Below, piece after piece: positions 19,229 through 28,456 of a stretch of DNA of 64,000 nt (within the stretch, counting starts at the first letter, position 1; the number at the start of each line of letters is the position of its first letter). Location: the NCBI RefSeq assembly GCF_000737315.1, contig NZ_JMCB01000003.1, positions 89,394 through 153,393 of the forward strand, in the 5' to 3' direction. Origin of the DNA: Hyalangium minutum (GTDB taxonomy: Bacteria; Myxococcota; Myxococcia; Myxococcales; Myxococcaceae). The position numbers and the translations under genes were made by a program. The notes beneath the pieces are model-generated. The model worked only from the letters and a program-made list of their open reading frames with translations. It was not told the DNA's origin and did not search any database.

Positions 19229-22200
19229 TCAGCCCGGGGTCTCCTCCTCGGCTGGAGGCTTGGGAGGCCGGTAGTCGAGCGGCAGGCGGCGCAGGTCGAG
19301 GGTGGTGGGGTTCTCCGCGCTGGGCTGGGCCGGACGGGCCTTCACCGGCCAGGGCAGGGGAGCCTCGGAGGTGAAGCGCTGCGCGCGGCGGGCGGAGGCC
19401 TCGAAGCGGGTGAGCGGCGGGGTGGAGAAGGCACGGCCCTCGGGGTGCCACACGTGGTAGGCGCAGGCGCCCAGCGAGCGCTGCCCCCACGTGTCGAGCA
19501 GATCCAGCCGGATGGGGTGGTGGATGCCCAGGTGTGCGTGCAGGCTGTGCGGCGGAGCCCACGCGCGGAACCGCACCCCGGCCACCCACTCGTTGGCCTT
19601 CGCCGTGGGCGTGAGCGGCAGCGTGTGCCCGTTGACGAGCAGCAGGTGCCGCTCCGGGATGAGTCCGGAGACGCGCACCTCGATGCGCTCCATGGACGAG
19701 TCCACGTAGCGGGAGGTTCCGCCCCCGCTCAGCTCCTCGCCCAGCACCGGCCAGGGCTCGAGCGCATTGCGCACCTCGATCGTGACATCCCCCAGCTGCA
19801 TGCGCCCGGCGAGCGGGCAGCGCAGCTCCAGGAAGGGGGTGTACGCCTCCTGCGGCAGGGGAACGCCCTTGGCCGCGAGGTGGGCGAGCACGTCCTCCAG
19901 GTCCCGTCCCAAGTAGTAGGGCAGCAGGTACTTGTCGTGGAGCGACGTGCCGAAGCGGACCAGCTTCTTCTGGTAGGGCTCCTGGGCGAACGCGGCGAAG
20001 AGCGCGCGCACCAGGATGGCCTGCGCGGACACCATGCGCGCGTGCGGCGGCATCTCGAAGGCGCGCAACTCCACCAGTCCCTGCCGCCCGGTGGCCGTCT
20101 GGGGGTCAAACAGCTTGTCCAGACTCAGCTCCGCCCGGTGGGTGTTGCCCGCCACGTCCACCAGCAGGTTCCGGAAGAGCATGTCCGACAGCCAGGGCGG
20201 CGGCGCGGTGCCAGCGTTGAAGGCCTTGTCGAGCGCGATCTCCAGCTCGTAGAGCGCCTCGTGCCGCGCCTCGTCCACGCGCGGTGCCTGCGAGGTTGGC
20301 CCCACGAACAGGCCGGTGAAGAGGTACGACAGCGACGGGTGGTGCTGCACGAAGGTGATGAGCGAGGCCAGCAGCTCGGGCCGGGTGAGGAGCGGGCTGG
20401 ACAGGGCCGTCGGGCCACCGACCGTGATGTGGTTGCCGCCGCCGCTGCCGGCCATGCGGCCGTCCATCAGGTACTTCTCGCTGTGGAGACCCGCGTGGAG
20501 GGCCGCGTCGAACACCTGGCCCACGAGCTCCGTGTACTCGCGGTTGCTCGACACGGGCGGCAGGTTGACCTCGAGCACGCCCGGGTCCGGCGTCACCGCG
20601 AAGCGGTAGAGCAGCGGCGAGGACGGGGGAGGGTAGCCCTCCAACTGAATGGCGATGCCGGTGTGCTCGCGCGCCTGATCGATGATGGACACGAGATCGA
20701 AGAAGTCCTCGGCCCGGGCCAGCGGCGGCAGGAACACGTGCACCGTTCCACCGCGCGCCTCAAAGGCCAGCGCGGTCCGCACTCGGGGCAGGCGGCTGGC
20801 TCGCTCCTTCGCGATGACCTTGTGCTGCTTGGCCTCCTCGGGGGACGGCTCGCGGCGCGGATCGATGGGCTCATAGGGCTCCTCCCAGAGGTCGGAGAGC
20901 GGGTCTCCCTCCGAGAGCGAGCGCAGCGGCAGCCGCAGGCCGAGCGGGCTGTCACCCGGGAGCAGGAACAGGTGGCGCCGCCGGAACTGCCAGGGGTCGC
21001 TGACCCAGCGCCCGTCCGTGTCTCGCCCGAGGGGCAGCACGAAGCCCACCTCATTGCCGAGCCCCTGGCCCAGAACCTTGGCCAAGCGCCGCCGCTCCTC
21101 CGAGTCGTTGAGGTTGGCCTTGAGCGGATCGACGTCCACCGGCAGGTTCTCCTCGTCCTGCAGGAAGCGCCACGGATCCTCGAAGGCGGGGAGCAGGTGC
21201 TGAGCCAGGCCGAGGCGCGACGCCACCGCCTGCGCGACCTCGCGCGCCTGTGCCGTGCCTGCGTTGTCTCCCGAAGCCAGCGCCTCGCCCGTCCAGAGAG
21301 GCTCCCGGTCGCGCCGTCCGCAGATGTCGAGCGCCCAGCGAGGCAGGCTCTCTCCTGGATAGTGCTTTCCGGCGCGCAGCAGCAGGGCCGCTCCAGGGGA
21401 GAGCCGCCGCCGGAGCTCCTCGGCGAGCTTCACCCCGAGCTTCCACTTGGTCTCGCCCAGCGCGTCGCCGTTCCACTCCGGCAGCTCGGTGTGCTCGCGG
21501 GCGTTGAAGGTGGGCTCGCCGCCGATGGTGAGCTTCACCCCGCGCTCCCTCAGCACCGCGTCCGCGCGATCTCCACCCTCGCAGAGGGCCTGCCACACCT
21601 CGTCCGTGTAGGGCGCCGTCGGCCGAGGCTCGTGCCCGAGCCGGCCCACCGTCATCGAGAACCGCACCTCCTCCGCCTGGGTGTCACTGGTGCCCTCGAT
21701 GGGGGCTGCCAGCGCCGGTGAGGCCGTCGAGGCGAGCGGGATATGGCCCTCGCCCGTCAGGAGTCCGCTGGTGGCGTCGAGCCCGATCCAACCCGCCCCG
21801 GGCAGGAAGACCTCCGCCCAGGCGTGCAGATCCACCACGTCGCGTCCCACGCCGCGCGGCGCGTTGGGGATCATCCCTTCGTCGGTGAGCTGCACCAAGT
21901 AGCCGCTCACGAAGCGCGCCGCGAGCCCGCGCGAGCGCAGCACCGCGATGAGCAGCATCGCCGAGTCCCGGCAGCTGCCCTTGCCCGCCGCGAGCGTCTC
22001 CTCGGGTGTGTGGATGCCCGCCTCCTCGCGGATGATGTACTGGATGCGCTGGTTCACCTTCTCGTTGAGCTGAATGATGAGCGGGACCGTTGGGCCGGAG
22101 CGCGGCAGCTCGTCGAGGAAGGCCTTGAGGCGCTCGCCGCCTCGCACCGCTGGCTCGTTCACGTCGAGGAAGGGGAGGAGGTCCTGCTTCAGCTCCGGCG

Positions 22201-22594
22201 GGTAGGCGAAGGGGACGACCTCGCAGCGGTCGTCGAGGAGGAAGTCGAACGGGTTCACCGGCCGCACGTCGACGGCCAACTCCACCGTTACCTCGAGGTG
22301 CGGGACGCGCACGCCTTCGGGGAAGGTGACGCGGGCGACGCGGTTGCCATACGGATCCTGCTGCCAGCGTACCTGCGCGGTGGAGGGCTCGACGGTGAGG
22401 CCGTAGCTCTCGATGGCGGCACGGGCGTGAAGCGCCGGGCGCAGGCGGATGAGGTGCGGGCCGAGGGCCGCAGGCTTCGGGTAGCGGTACAGGTTGCGAT
22501 GCTGAATGAGCAGCCGCACGAGGTCCTCCCAAGTGACCTCGCCACGATACCCAAAGCCTGCTGGGGCCGTACGGAGAAGTCGGCCGTCATTCAC
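19229..22594 (-). CDS. Large transglutaminase-family protein (Bact_transglu_N, transglutaminase core and a DUF2126-like C-terminal region)
   Basis: GTG start 2 nt after the upstream stop. N-terminal VRLLIQHRNLYRY...LRLRP. Catalytic Cys (GKGSCRDSA), His (DLHAWAEVFL) and Asp (GLDATSG). About 700-aa C-terminal extension typical of DUF2126 proteins. 1121 aa. Confidence 0.8.
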   Translation of the reverse strand: MNDGRLLRTAPAGFGYRGEVTWEDLVRLLIQHRNLYRYPKPAALGPHLIRLRPALHARAAIESYGLTVEPSTAQVRWQQDPYGNRVARVTFPEGVRVPHLEVTVELAVDVRPVNPFDFLLDDRCEVVPFAYPPELKQDLLPFLDVNEPAVRGGERLKAFLDELPRSGPTVPLIIQLNEKVNQRIQYIIREEAGIHTPEETLAAGKGSCRDSAMLLIAVLRSRGLAARFVSGYLVQLTDEGMIPNAPRGVGRDVVDLHAWAEVFLPGAGWIGLDATSGLLTGEGHIPLASTASPALAAPIEGTSDTQAEEVRFSMTVGRLGHEPRPTAPYTDEVWQALCEGGDRADAVLRERGVKLTIGGEPTFNAREHTELPEWNGDALGETKWKLGVKLAEELRRRLSPGAALLLRAGKHYPGESLPRWALDICGRRDREPLWTGEALASGDNAGTAQAREVAQAVASRLGLAQHLLPAFEDPWRFLQDEENLPVDVDPLKANLNDSEERRRLAKVLGQGLGNEVGFVLPLGRDTDGRWVSDPWQFRRRHLFLLPGDSPLGLRLPLRSLSEGDPLSDLWEEPYEPIDPRREPSPEEAKQHKVIAKERASRLPRVRTALAFEARGGTVHVFLPPLARAEDFFDLVSIIDQAREHTGIAIQLEGYPPPSSPLLYRFAVTPDPGVLEVNLPPVSSNREYTELVGQVFDAALHAGLHSEKYLMDGRMAGSGGGNHITVGGPTALSSPLLTRPELLASLITFVQHHPSLSYLFTGLFVGPTSQAPRVDEARHEALYELEIALDKAFNAGTAPPPWLSDMLFRNLLVDVAGNTHRAELSLDKLFDPQTATGRQGLVELRAFEMPPHARMVSAQAILVRALFAAFAQEPYQKKLVRFGTSLHDKYLLPYYLGRDLEDVLAHLAAKGVPLPQEAYTPFLELRCPLAGRMQLGDVTIEVRNALEPWPVLGEELSGGGTSRYVDSSMERIEVRVSGLIPERHLLLVNGHTLPLTPTAKANEWVAGVRFRAWAPPHSLHAHLGIHHPIRLDLLDTWGQRSLGACAYHVWHPEGRAFSTPPLTRFEASARRAQRFTSEAPLPWPVKARPAQPSAENPTTLDLRRLPLDYRPPKPPAEEETPG

Positions 22595-22596
22595 CG

Positions 22597-23166
22597 TCAG
22601 CGTGCGCGGGAGCGCGAGGGCGGAGCTGGCGGCGGGCTCGAGTCCGCCGTGCTCGTGCTCTTTCCGGAGGCGGCCGGCGCTGCGGAAGCGGGAGTGGAGA
22701 GCTGGTTGGCGGCGCCTCGGGTCACCACGGCCTGCGCGACGATGTTCAGGTGCTGCTGCGCGGCCACGGTGTTCAAGAGCGCGAGGCTGACCGCGTGCGC
22801 GGAGGCGTGGTACACGTGAGAGAGGGCAAGCTCGGGCGCATTCTCCAGCAGCGCCTGCGCGGTCTTCTCGGCCTGGGCCAGCAGGGCCTCGGGCGAGGGC
22901 GCGGCCGGAGAGGCTGTCTCAGCGGAGGCGGCTGTCGGCGCCGCAGGGGTCGTCGCGGGAGCCGAGGCTGCGGCCTCGGCTGCGGGCGGGCGGAAGGCGT
23001 TGGGAATTCCGGCGAGGGGTGGCGCGGGCACGCTTCCCTTGGAGGCCAACGCGAGGATGCTCTGCTGCTGCTGCTCGAGTACGTGGGTCAAGGCTGTGAG
23101 GGCGTGGGCGCTGGTGTCCACGATCAGGGTCAAGTCCCGGGCAAAGTCTTGGGCCGTCTTCGTCAT
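22597..23166 (-). CDS. RebB-like (R-body / killing trait family) domain protein, two-part, with a Pro/Ala-rich linker and Gln-rich segments
   Basis: The C-terminal region (ALSHVYHASAHAVSLALLNTVAAQQHLNIVAQAVVTRG) matches the RebB core pattern (AMGNLYQ..AH..GLA.QN.V..QQ). Start taken at MTKTAQ; the ORF extends to 23211. Confidence 0.55.
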   Translation of the reverse strand: MTKTAQDFARDLTLIVDTSAHALTALTHVLEQQQQSILALASKGSVPAPPLAGIPNAFRPPAAEAAASAPATTPAAPTAASAETASPAAPSPEALLAQAEKTAQALLENAPELALSHVYHASAHAVSLALLNTVAAQQHLNIVAQAVVTRGAANQLSTPASAAPAASGKSTSTADSSPPPAPPSRSRAR

Positions 23167-23179
23167 GGTGTGCCTCCTC

Positions 23180-23446
23180 TCACTCGTAGATTTTAACCGT
23201 GCCCACTGCATCCGAGGCCGTATCGATGCTGTAGAGCGTCGCGACGCCCTGGGTAGTGGCGGCCTGTGCGGTCACGTTCGTTTGCTGCTGGTTCTGGGTG
23301 GCGTTGTGGGCCGCGTTGGAGAGCGCCTGCGAGGTCGCCACGAAGAGATTGCCCATCGCGATGGCAGGGGCATCTCCGAGCACTTTCACGTTCGCCTGCG
23401 TCACTGCATCGGTGATCTGCTCATTGACAGCGGTGGGGTACGCCAT
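23180..23446 (-). CDS. RebB family (R-body / killing trait) protein
   Basis: The 88-aa protein MAYPTAVNEQITDAVTQANVKVLGDAPAIAMGNLFVATSQALSNAAHNATQNQQQTNVTAQAATTQG closely follows the RebB signature. GC3-rich frame. RBS-like AAAGG upstream. Confidence 0.7.
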   Translation of the reverse strand: MAYPTAVNEQITDAVTQANVKVLGDAPAIAMGNLFVATSQALSNAAHNATQNQQQTNVTAQAATTQGVATLYSIDTASDAVGTVKIYE

Positions 23447-23503
23447 GGCTCTGCCTTTCTGAAGGAGGTGACGGGGGCTGAAGCACCCCGCAGTTTGCCA
23501 CTG

Positions 23504-24415
23504 TTACAGGGAGGAAGTGAGCGACAGCAGCTCTGTGCGCAGCCACTGGTTGCGCGGCTCTGAATCCGATTGCCGGTGCCAATAGAGGTGCAGCTCCAGC
23601 GGCGGGAGCGACAGCGGCATTGGCAGGAGGTGGTTGCCCAGCAGGGCGTGCAGCTCCTCCGCGCGGCGCCGCGGCATGGTGAGGAGGAACTTGGAGCCAG
23701 CGACCATCTGGAACGCCGCCTCGTAGTGCTGGCATCGCACGGTGACGTCGCGCTGGTAGCCCAGGCGGGAGAGGACCAAATCCTCCACGGCCAGCCCCGT
23801 GCGCCGAGAGGACACGGTGACATGCCGCGAAGCCATGTACGCCGCCACGTCCAGCCTGCGCCGGCGTCGGCTCACCACGCAGAAGGTGTCCCGCAGCAGG
23901 GTGGTGTGCCGCAGGTCGGCGCCCGTCTGCTGCTCCACGTCGATGGACAGGTCCACCCGCCCCGAGGCCAGATCCCGCTCCAGCCGAGGCCTATCCAGCC
24001 GGACGCTCGTCACCCTCGCTCCAGGAGCGCTCTGGCGCAGGCGCGCCACCAGGTGCGGGAGGATGGAGGGCTCGAGCACGTCGTTCATGGCTACGGTGAA
24101 GGTGCCCAGGTCGCGGGGAGGATCGAAGCTCCGCGTGCGGTGGATCGCCCGGTCGAACAGCGCGAGGGCCTCGCGAAGCTCCGGCGCCAGCCGCTCCGCG
24201 AACGGCGTGGGTGCCACGCCTCGGCCCTCCCGGACGAAGAGCGGCTCTCCCAGCTGATCCCGAAGCCGGGCGAGTGCATGGCTCACCGCCGATTGGCTGA
24301 GGAAGAGCACCTCCGCGGCCCGCGTGAGGTTCCGCTCCCGGAGGACCACGTCAAAGACGCGGAAGAGGTTGAGGTCCAGCCTCGCCAGCCGGGAAGAGTC
24401 ATGAACAGACTTCAT
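23504..24415 (-). CDS. LysR-family transcriptional regulator
   Basis: N-terminal HTH (LNLFRVFDVVLRERNLTRAAEVLFLSQSAVSHALARLRDQLGEPLF) plus a LysR substrate-binding domain. This is the true C-terminal 303 codons of the spurious 975-aa ORF. Divergent from the ACAD operon and co-directional with the reb-like genes. Confidence 0.88.
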   Translation of the reverse strand: MKSVHDSSRLARLDLNLFRVFDVVLRERNLTRAAEVLFLSQSAVSHALARLRDQLGEPLFVREGRGVAPTPFAERLAPELREALALFDRAIHRTRSFDPPRDLGTFTVAMNDVLEPSILPHLVARLRQSAPGARVTSVRLDRPRLERDLASGRVDLSIDVEQQTGADLRHTTLLRDTFCVVSRRRRRLDVAAYMASRHVTVSSRRTGLAVEDLVLSRLGYQRDVTVRCQHYEAAFQMVAGSKFLLTMPRRRAEELHALLGNHLLPMPLSLPPLELHLYWHRQSDSEPRNQWLRTELLSLTSSL

Positions 24416-24493
24416 GGGAACACATGACCAACCTTCACTGGATTCATCAAGGCCGAACGCGGAGGATGCAGGCCTTCCAGAAGGAGACTTGCG

Positions 24494-25729
24494 ATGGACT
24501 TCGAGCCGAGCGCCCGAACCAAGGACTACCTGGAGCGCCTCCGGCGCTTCATGCGCGAGCACATCGAGCCGGCCGAGGCCCGCTACCGGGATGAGGTCCA
24601 CGCCACCTGCCAGGCGGGTGACTGGAAGACGTGGAAGGTTCCGGCGGTGATGGACGAGCTGAAGGCTCGCGCGAAGGCCGAGGGCCTGTGGAACCTGTTC
24701 CTGCCCGATGAGAAGCTGGGCGCGGGCCTGAGCACCCTGGAGTACGCGCCGCTGGCCGAGGAGACGGGGCGCAGCTTCATCGCCCCCGAGGTCTTCAACT
24801 GCAGCGCTCCGGACACCGGCAACATGGAGGTGCTCTGGAAGTACGGCTCCGAGGAGCAGAAGGAGCGCTGGCTCAAGCCGTTGCTGGCCGGGGAGATCCG
24901 CTCGGTGTTCTGCATGACGGAGCCGGACGTGGCGTCCTCGGATGCCACGAACATGCAGGCCACGGCCGTCGTGGAGGGCAACGAGATCGTCCTCAATGGC
25001 AGCAAGTGGTGGTCGAGCGGCCTGGGCCACCCGAGGGCGAAGGTCATCATCTTCATGGCGCGCACGCCCAACGAGCAGGGCGGCCGCCACAATCAGCACT
25101 CCATGGTGCTGGTCCCCATGGACACCCCGGGCGTGACGATCCGCCGCATGCTGCCCGTCTACGGCGAGTACGACGCGCCCCATGGACACGGAGAGGTGCA
25201 CTTCAAGGACGTGCGCGTGCCCGTTTCCCACTTCATCGCCGGACCGGGGCAGGGTTTCGAGATTGCCCAAGGCCGTCTGGGACCCGGCCGCATCCACCAC
25301 TGCATGCGCTGCATCGGCGCGGCGGAGCGGGCGCTGGAGCTGATGATCGATCGGGGCATGGCGCGCACTGCTTTCGGCAAGCCGCTGCTCAACCTGGGTG
25401 GCAACCGCGAGCGCGTCGCTGAGGCCCGGGTCGCCATCGATCAGGCGCGGCTGCTGACGTTCTTCGCGGCGTGGAAGATGGACGAGGTGGGTGCCCTGGG
25501 AGCCATGACGGAGATCTCCGCCATCAAGGTCGTGGCGCCCAACGTGCTCCAGCAGGTGGTGGACGACGCCATCCAGATCCACGGGGGCGCGGGCGTGTCC
25601 CAGGACACGGTGCTCGCGGGCTTCTTCGCCCAGGCGCGCATCCTGCGCATCGCGGACGGTCCGGACGAGGTCCACAAGGGCGTCATCGCGCGTCTCGAAC
25701 TGGCCAAGCGCGGCCATTCCCGGAGCTGA
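24494..25729 (+). CDS. Acyl-CoA dehydrogenase (ACAD10/11-like / LvaC-like subgroup)
   Basis: ACAD N-terminal, middle and C-terminal domains ([29 protein letters not shown]). 411 aa. Confidence 0.92.
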   Translation: MDFEPSARTKDYLERLRRFMREHIEPAEARYRDEVHATCQAGDWKTWKVPAVMDELKARAKAEGLWNLFLPDEKLGAGLSTLEYAPLAEETGRSFIAPEVFNCSAPDTGNMEVLWKYGSEEQKERWLKPLLAGEIRSVFCMTEPDVASSDATNMQATAVVEGNEIVLNGSKWWSSGLGHPRAKVIIFMARTPNEQGGRHNQHSMVLVPMDTPGVTIRRMLPVYGEYDAPHGHGEVHFKDVRVPVSHFIAGPGQGFEIAQGRLGPGRIHHCMRCIGAAERALELMIDRGMARTAFGKPLLNLGGNRERVAEARVAIDQARLLTFFAAWKMDEVGALGAMTEISAIKVVAPNVLQQVVDDAIQIHGGAGVSQDTVLAGFFAQARILRIADGPDEVHKGVIARLELAKRGHSRS

Positions 25730-25732
25730 GCC

Positions 25733-26548
25733 ATGGCCAACCAACGCATCTTCATCACCGGTGGTGCCAGCGGGCTCGGGAAGGCCATCGCCCAGCGCTT
25801 CGCCCGCGCGGGGTGGAAGGTCTGCATCGCGGACCTCAACGAAGCCCGGGGCGCGGAGGTGCTGTCCTCCTTGGGCCCGGACGCGCACTTCCTGCGCTGC
25901 GATGTGACGCGCGACGAGGACCTGATCGCAGCAGCGGAGACGCTCCAGCAGCGCTGGGGCGGCGTGGACGTGGTGGTGAACAACGCCGGGGTGGCCCAGG
26001 CGGGCGCCATCGAGGACGTGTCGATCGATGACTGGCGCTGGATCATCGACATCAACCTGCTGGGCGTGGTGCGAGGCTGCAAGGTGTTCACGCCCCTGTT
26101 CAAGCGGCAGGGCCACGGGCACTTCGTCAACGTCTCCTCCATGGCGGGCCTGCTCGATGCGCCGATGATGAGCAGCTACAACGCCACGAAGGCCGCTGTC
26201 GTCTCCCTGTCGGAGACGCTGCACAACGAGCTGGCGGACGCGAACATCGGCGTCAGCGTCGTCTGCCCGGCCTTCTTCAAGACCAACCTGACCGAGTCGC
26301 TGCGCACTCCGGATCCGCGGCTGAAGGTCACCATGGCGAAGCTGCTGGATCGCTCGCCCATCACCGCGGATGACGTCGCCAATGATGTCTTCCGCGCCGT
26401 GGAGCGGAGGCAGTTCTACGTCCTGTCTCACGCGCAGGGCCGCAGGGCGTGGCTGATGAAGCGCTTCCTCCCGAGAGAGATCTACGCCCGGTTGTTGCGC
26501 AAGAGCACCGCCCGGATGCGCCCGCGCCCCGACCCCACACAGACTTGA
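25733..26548 (+). CDS. Short-chain dehydrogenase/reductase (SDR)
   Basis: TGGASGLGKAIA Rossmann motif, NNAG, and S...YxxxK (SSYNATKAA). Starts 4 nt after the ACAD stop. Confidence 0.9.
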   Translation: MANQRIFITGGASGLGKAIAQRFARAGWKVCIADLNEARGAEVLSSLGPDAHFLRCDVTRDEDLIAAAETLQQRWGGVDVVVNNAGVAQAGAIEDVSIDDWRWIIDINLLGVVRGCKVFTPLFKRQGHGHFVNVSSMAGLLDAPMMSSYNATKAAVVSLSETLHNELADANIGVSVVCPAFFKTNLTESLRTPDPRLKVTMAKLLDRSPITADDVANDVFRAVERRQFYVLSHAQGRRAWLMKRFLPREIYARLLRKSTARMRPRPDPTQT

Positions 26549-26565
26549 GGAGAGATCGCGACGCC

Positions 26566-27642
26566 ATGCCTTCCACCTCGCCCACTGACTCGGCCGGAGC
26601 CGTCCGCCCGGGAGAAGAACTGAACGTCCCCGCCGTGGATGCCTGGCTCAAGACCCAGGTGCCCACGCTGGAGGGCACGCCTGAAGTCACCCAGTACTCG
26701 GGAGGTGCCTCGAACTGGACCTACCGGCTCAAGTACGCCAACCGCGATCTCATCCTTCGCCGGCCCCCGGCGGGGACGAAGGCCAAGTCCGCGCACGACA
26801 TGGCCCGCGAGTACTCGGTGCAGAAGGCCCTGAAGCCTGCCTATCCGGCCGTGCCCACCATGATCGGCCTGTGTCAGGACCCGGCGGTGCTGGGCTCGGA
26901 CTTCTACGTGATGGAGCGCATCGAGGGCCTCATCCCTCGCAAGCACCTGCCTCGGGGGCTCACCCTGGACCAGCCGCAGACGCGGCAGCTCTGTCTCAAC
27001 GTCATCGACAAGCTGGTGGAACTGCACTCCGTGGACGCGGCGGCCGTGGGGCTGTCGTCGCTGGGCAAGGGGCCCGGCTATCCGAAGCGGCAGATCGAGG
27101 GCTGGTCGGACCGCTACGAGAAGGCTCACACCTGGAATGTGCTCGGCTTCCAGTATGTGCGCGATTGGCTCAAGGCCAACACCCCCGACGATGTCGCCAC
27201 CTGCGTCATCCACAACGACTGGCGCTTCGACAACGTGGTGCTCGATCCAGGAGAGCCCATCCGAGTCATCGGCGTGCTCGACTGGGAGATGGCCACGCTG
27301 GGAGATCCGCTGATGGATCTGGGCAATGCGCTGGCCTACTGGGTCCACGCCGACGATAACTTCTTTTTGCGAGCCACGCGGCGCCAGCCCACGCACCTGC
27401 CTGGCATGCTCCGGCGCGAGGAGGTGGTCGAGTACTACCTCGATCGCATGAAGCTGAAGCCGGCCAACTGGACCTTCTATGAGGTCTACGGCCTGTTCCG
27501 GCTCGCCGTCATCGCCCAGCAGATCTACTACCGCTACCACCACAAGCAGACGCGCAACCCCGCGTTCAAGAACTTCTGGGTGCTGGTCAACTACCTCGGG
27601 CTGCGCTGCAACCGGCTCATCCGGAAGAAGGGGGCACGCTGA
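26566..27642 (+). CDS. APH-family phosphotransferase (aminoglycoside phosphotransferase-like kinase fold; LvaA / ACAD10-11 kinase-domain-like)
   Basis: GGASNWTYRL nucleotide-positioning loop, a Brenner-like HNDWRFDNVVL catalytic motif, and VLDWEMATLGDP. Start chosen at MPSTSP; the ORF extends upstream to 26449. Confidence 0.8.
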   Translation: MPSTSPTDSAGAVRPGEELNVPAVDAWLKTQVPTLEGTPEVTQYSGGASNWTYRLKYANRDLILRRPPAGTKAKSAHDMAREYSVQKALKPAYPAVPTMIGLCQDPAVLGSDFYVMERIEGLIPRKHLPRGLTLDQPQTRQLCLNVIDKLVELHSVDAAAVGLSSLGKGPGYPKRQIEGWSDRYEKAHTWNVLGFQYVRDWLKANTPDDVATCVIHNDWRFDNVVLDPGEPIRVIGVLDWEMATLGDPLMDLGNALAYWVHADDNFFLRATRRQPTHLPGMLRREEVVEYYLDRMKLKPANWTFYEVYGLFRLAVIAQQIYYRYHHKQTRNPAFKNFWVLVNYLGLRCNRLIRKKGAR

Positions 27643-28334
27643 TGGGCGTCGTATACTTGGTTCGCCATGGACAGGCCTCGTTCGGGGCCGCGGACTACGA
27701 TCAGCTCTCGGAGATGGGGGTGGCGCAGGCGAAGGTGCTCGGGGAGGCGCTGCGCGCGCGGCTCCCGTGTGTGGATGCGGTGGTCACCGGAGGAATGGCG
27801 CGACACTGGCAGACGGCGGATGCGTGCCTGAAGGCGCTCGGGGTGGCGGTGCCTCACAAGCGCATGGTGGACTTCAACGAGTACGACCACGAGGAGATCG
27901 TCGTCCGCCACATCCCGCGCTACGCGGACAAGAGCCTGATGATGCAGGACCTGGCTGAGACGCCAGACCCTCGCCGGGCCTTCCAGGAAGTGTTCACGCA
28001 GGCCGTCGCCCGCTGGGTCGAGGGCCGGCACGAGGCCGACTACACCGAGACCTGGGCCGCTTTCCGGGAGCGCAGCCTCCGCGCGTTGACGGAGCTCATC
28101 CAGGAGCTGGGAGCTTCCAAGACCGCGTTGGTGTTCACCTCGGGGGGACCCATCACCGCCATCTGCCAGGACCTGCTGCGGATCCCCGACGAGCACGCCT
28201 TCCGCCTGAACTGGACGCTGGCCAACTGCGGCGTCACCAAGATCGTCTACAGCGAGCGCGGCCGGTACCTCTCCACGCTGAACGAGCACGGCTACTTCGA
28301 GGGTGCCCAGCGCGCGCTGCTAACGTACCGCTGA
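27642..28334 (+). CDS. Histidine phosphatase family protein (phosphoglycerate-mutase-like)
   Basis: RHGQASF catalytic-His motif near the N-terminus. Its ATG overlaps the TGA of the upstream kinase gene (ATGA). Confidence 0.8.
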   Translation: MGVVYLVRHGQASFGAADYDQLSEMGVAQAKVLGEALRARLPCVDAVVTGGMARHWQTADACLKALGVAVPHKRMVDFNEYDHEEIVVRHIPRYADKSLMMQDLAETPDPRRAFQEVFTQAVARWVEGRHEADYTETWAAFRERSLRALTELIQELGASKTALVFTSGGPITAICQDLLRIPDEHAFRLNWTLANCGVTKIVYSERGRYLSTLNEHGYFEGAQRALLTYR

Positions 28335-28338
28335 GGCA

Positions 28339-28367
28339 GCGCGGCCCCCGTTACTCCGGGGGCGCGC
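28339..28367. terminator. GC-rich hairpin in a convergent intergenic region (putative bidirectional terminator lacking a U-tract)
   Basis: GCGCGGCCCCC-gttactcc-GGGGGCGCGC. A second hairpin, CGTGAGG...CCTCACG, follows. Confidence 0.3.
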
Positions 28368-28456
28368 TGAGCCCGGGGACTCCGGGCCCAGCACAAAACC
28401 TGGCCGCCAGGGCGTGAGGGTCCCGAAGAGAAGCCCTTCCTCACGCCCCAGCGGGC

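Noticed and set aside
19184-21721. 845-aa + strand ORF
   Set aside because: Antisense to the large transglutaminase gene. Arg/Gly/Leu-rich with no recognisable domains.
24416-26431. Upstream 670 codons of the 975-aa minus-strand ORF 23504..26431
   Set aside because: Only the C-terminal 303 codons (23504..24415) encode a LysR regulator with a proper HTH. The rest is antisense to the ACAD and SDR genes and has low-complexity composition.
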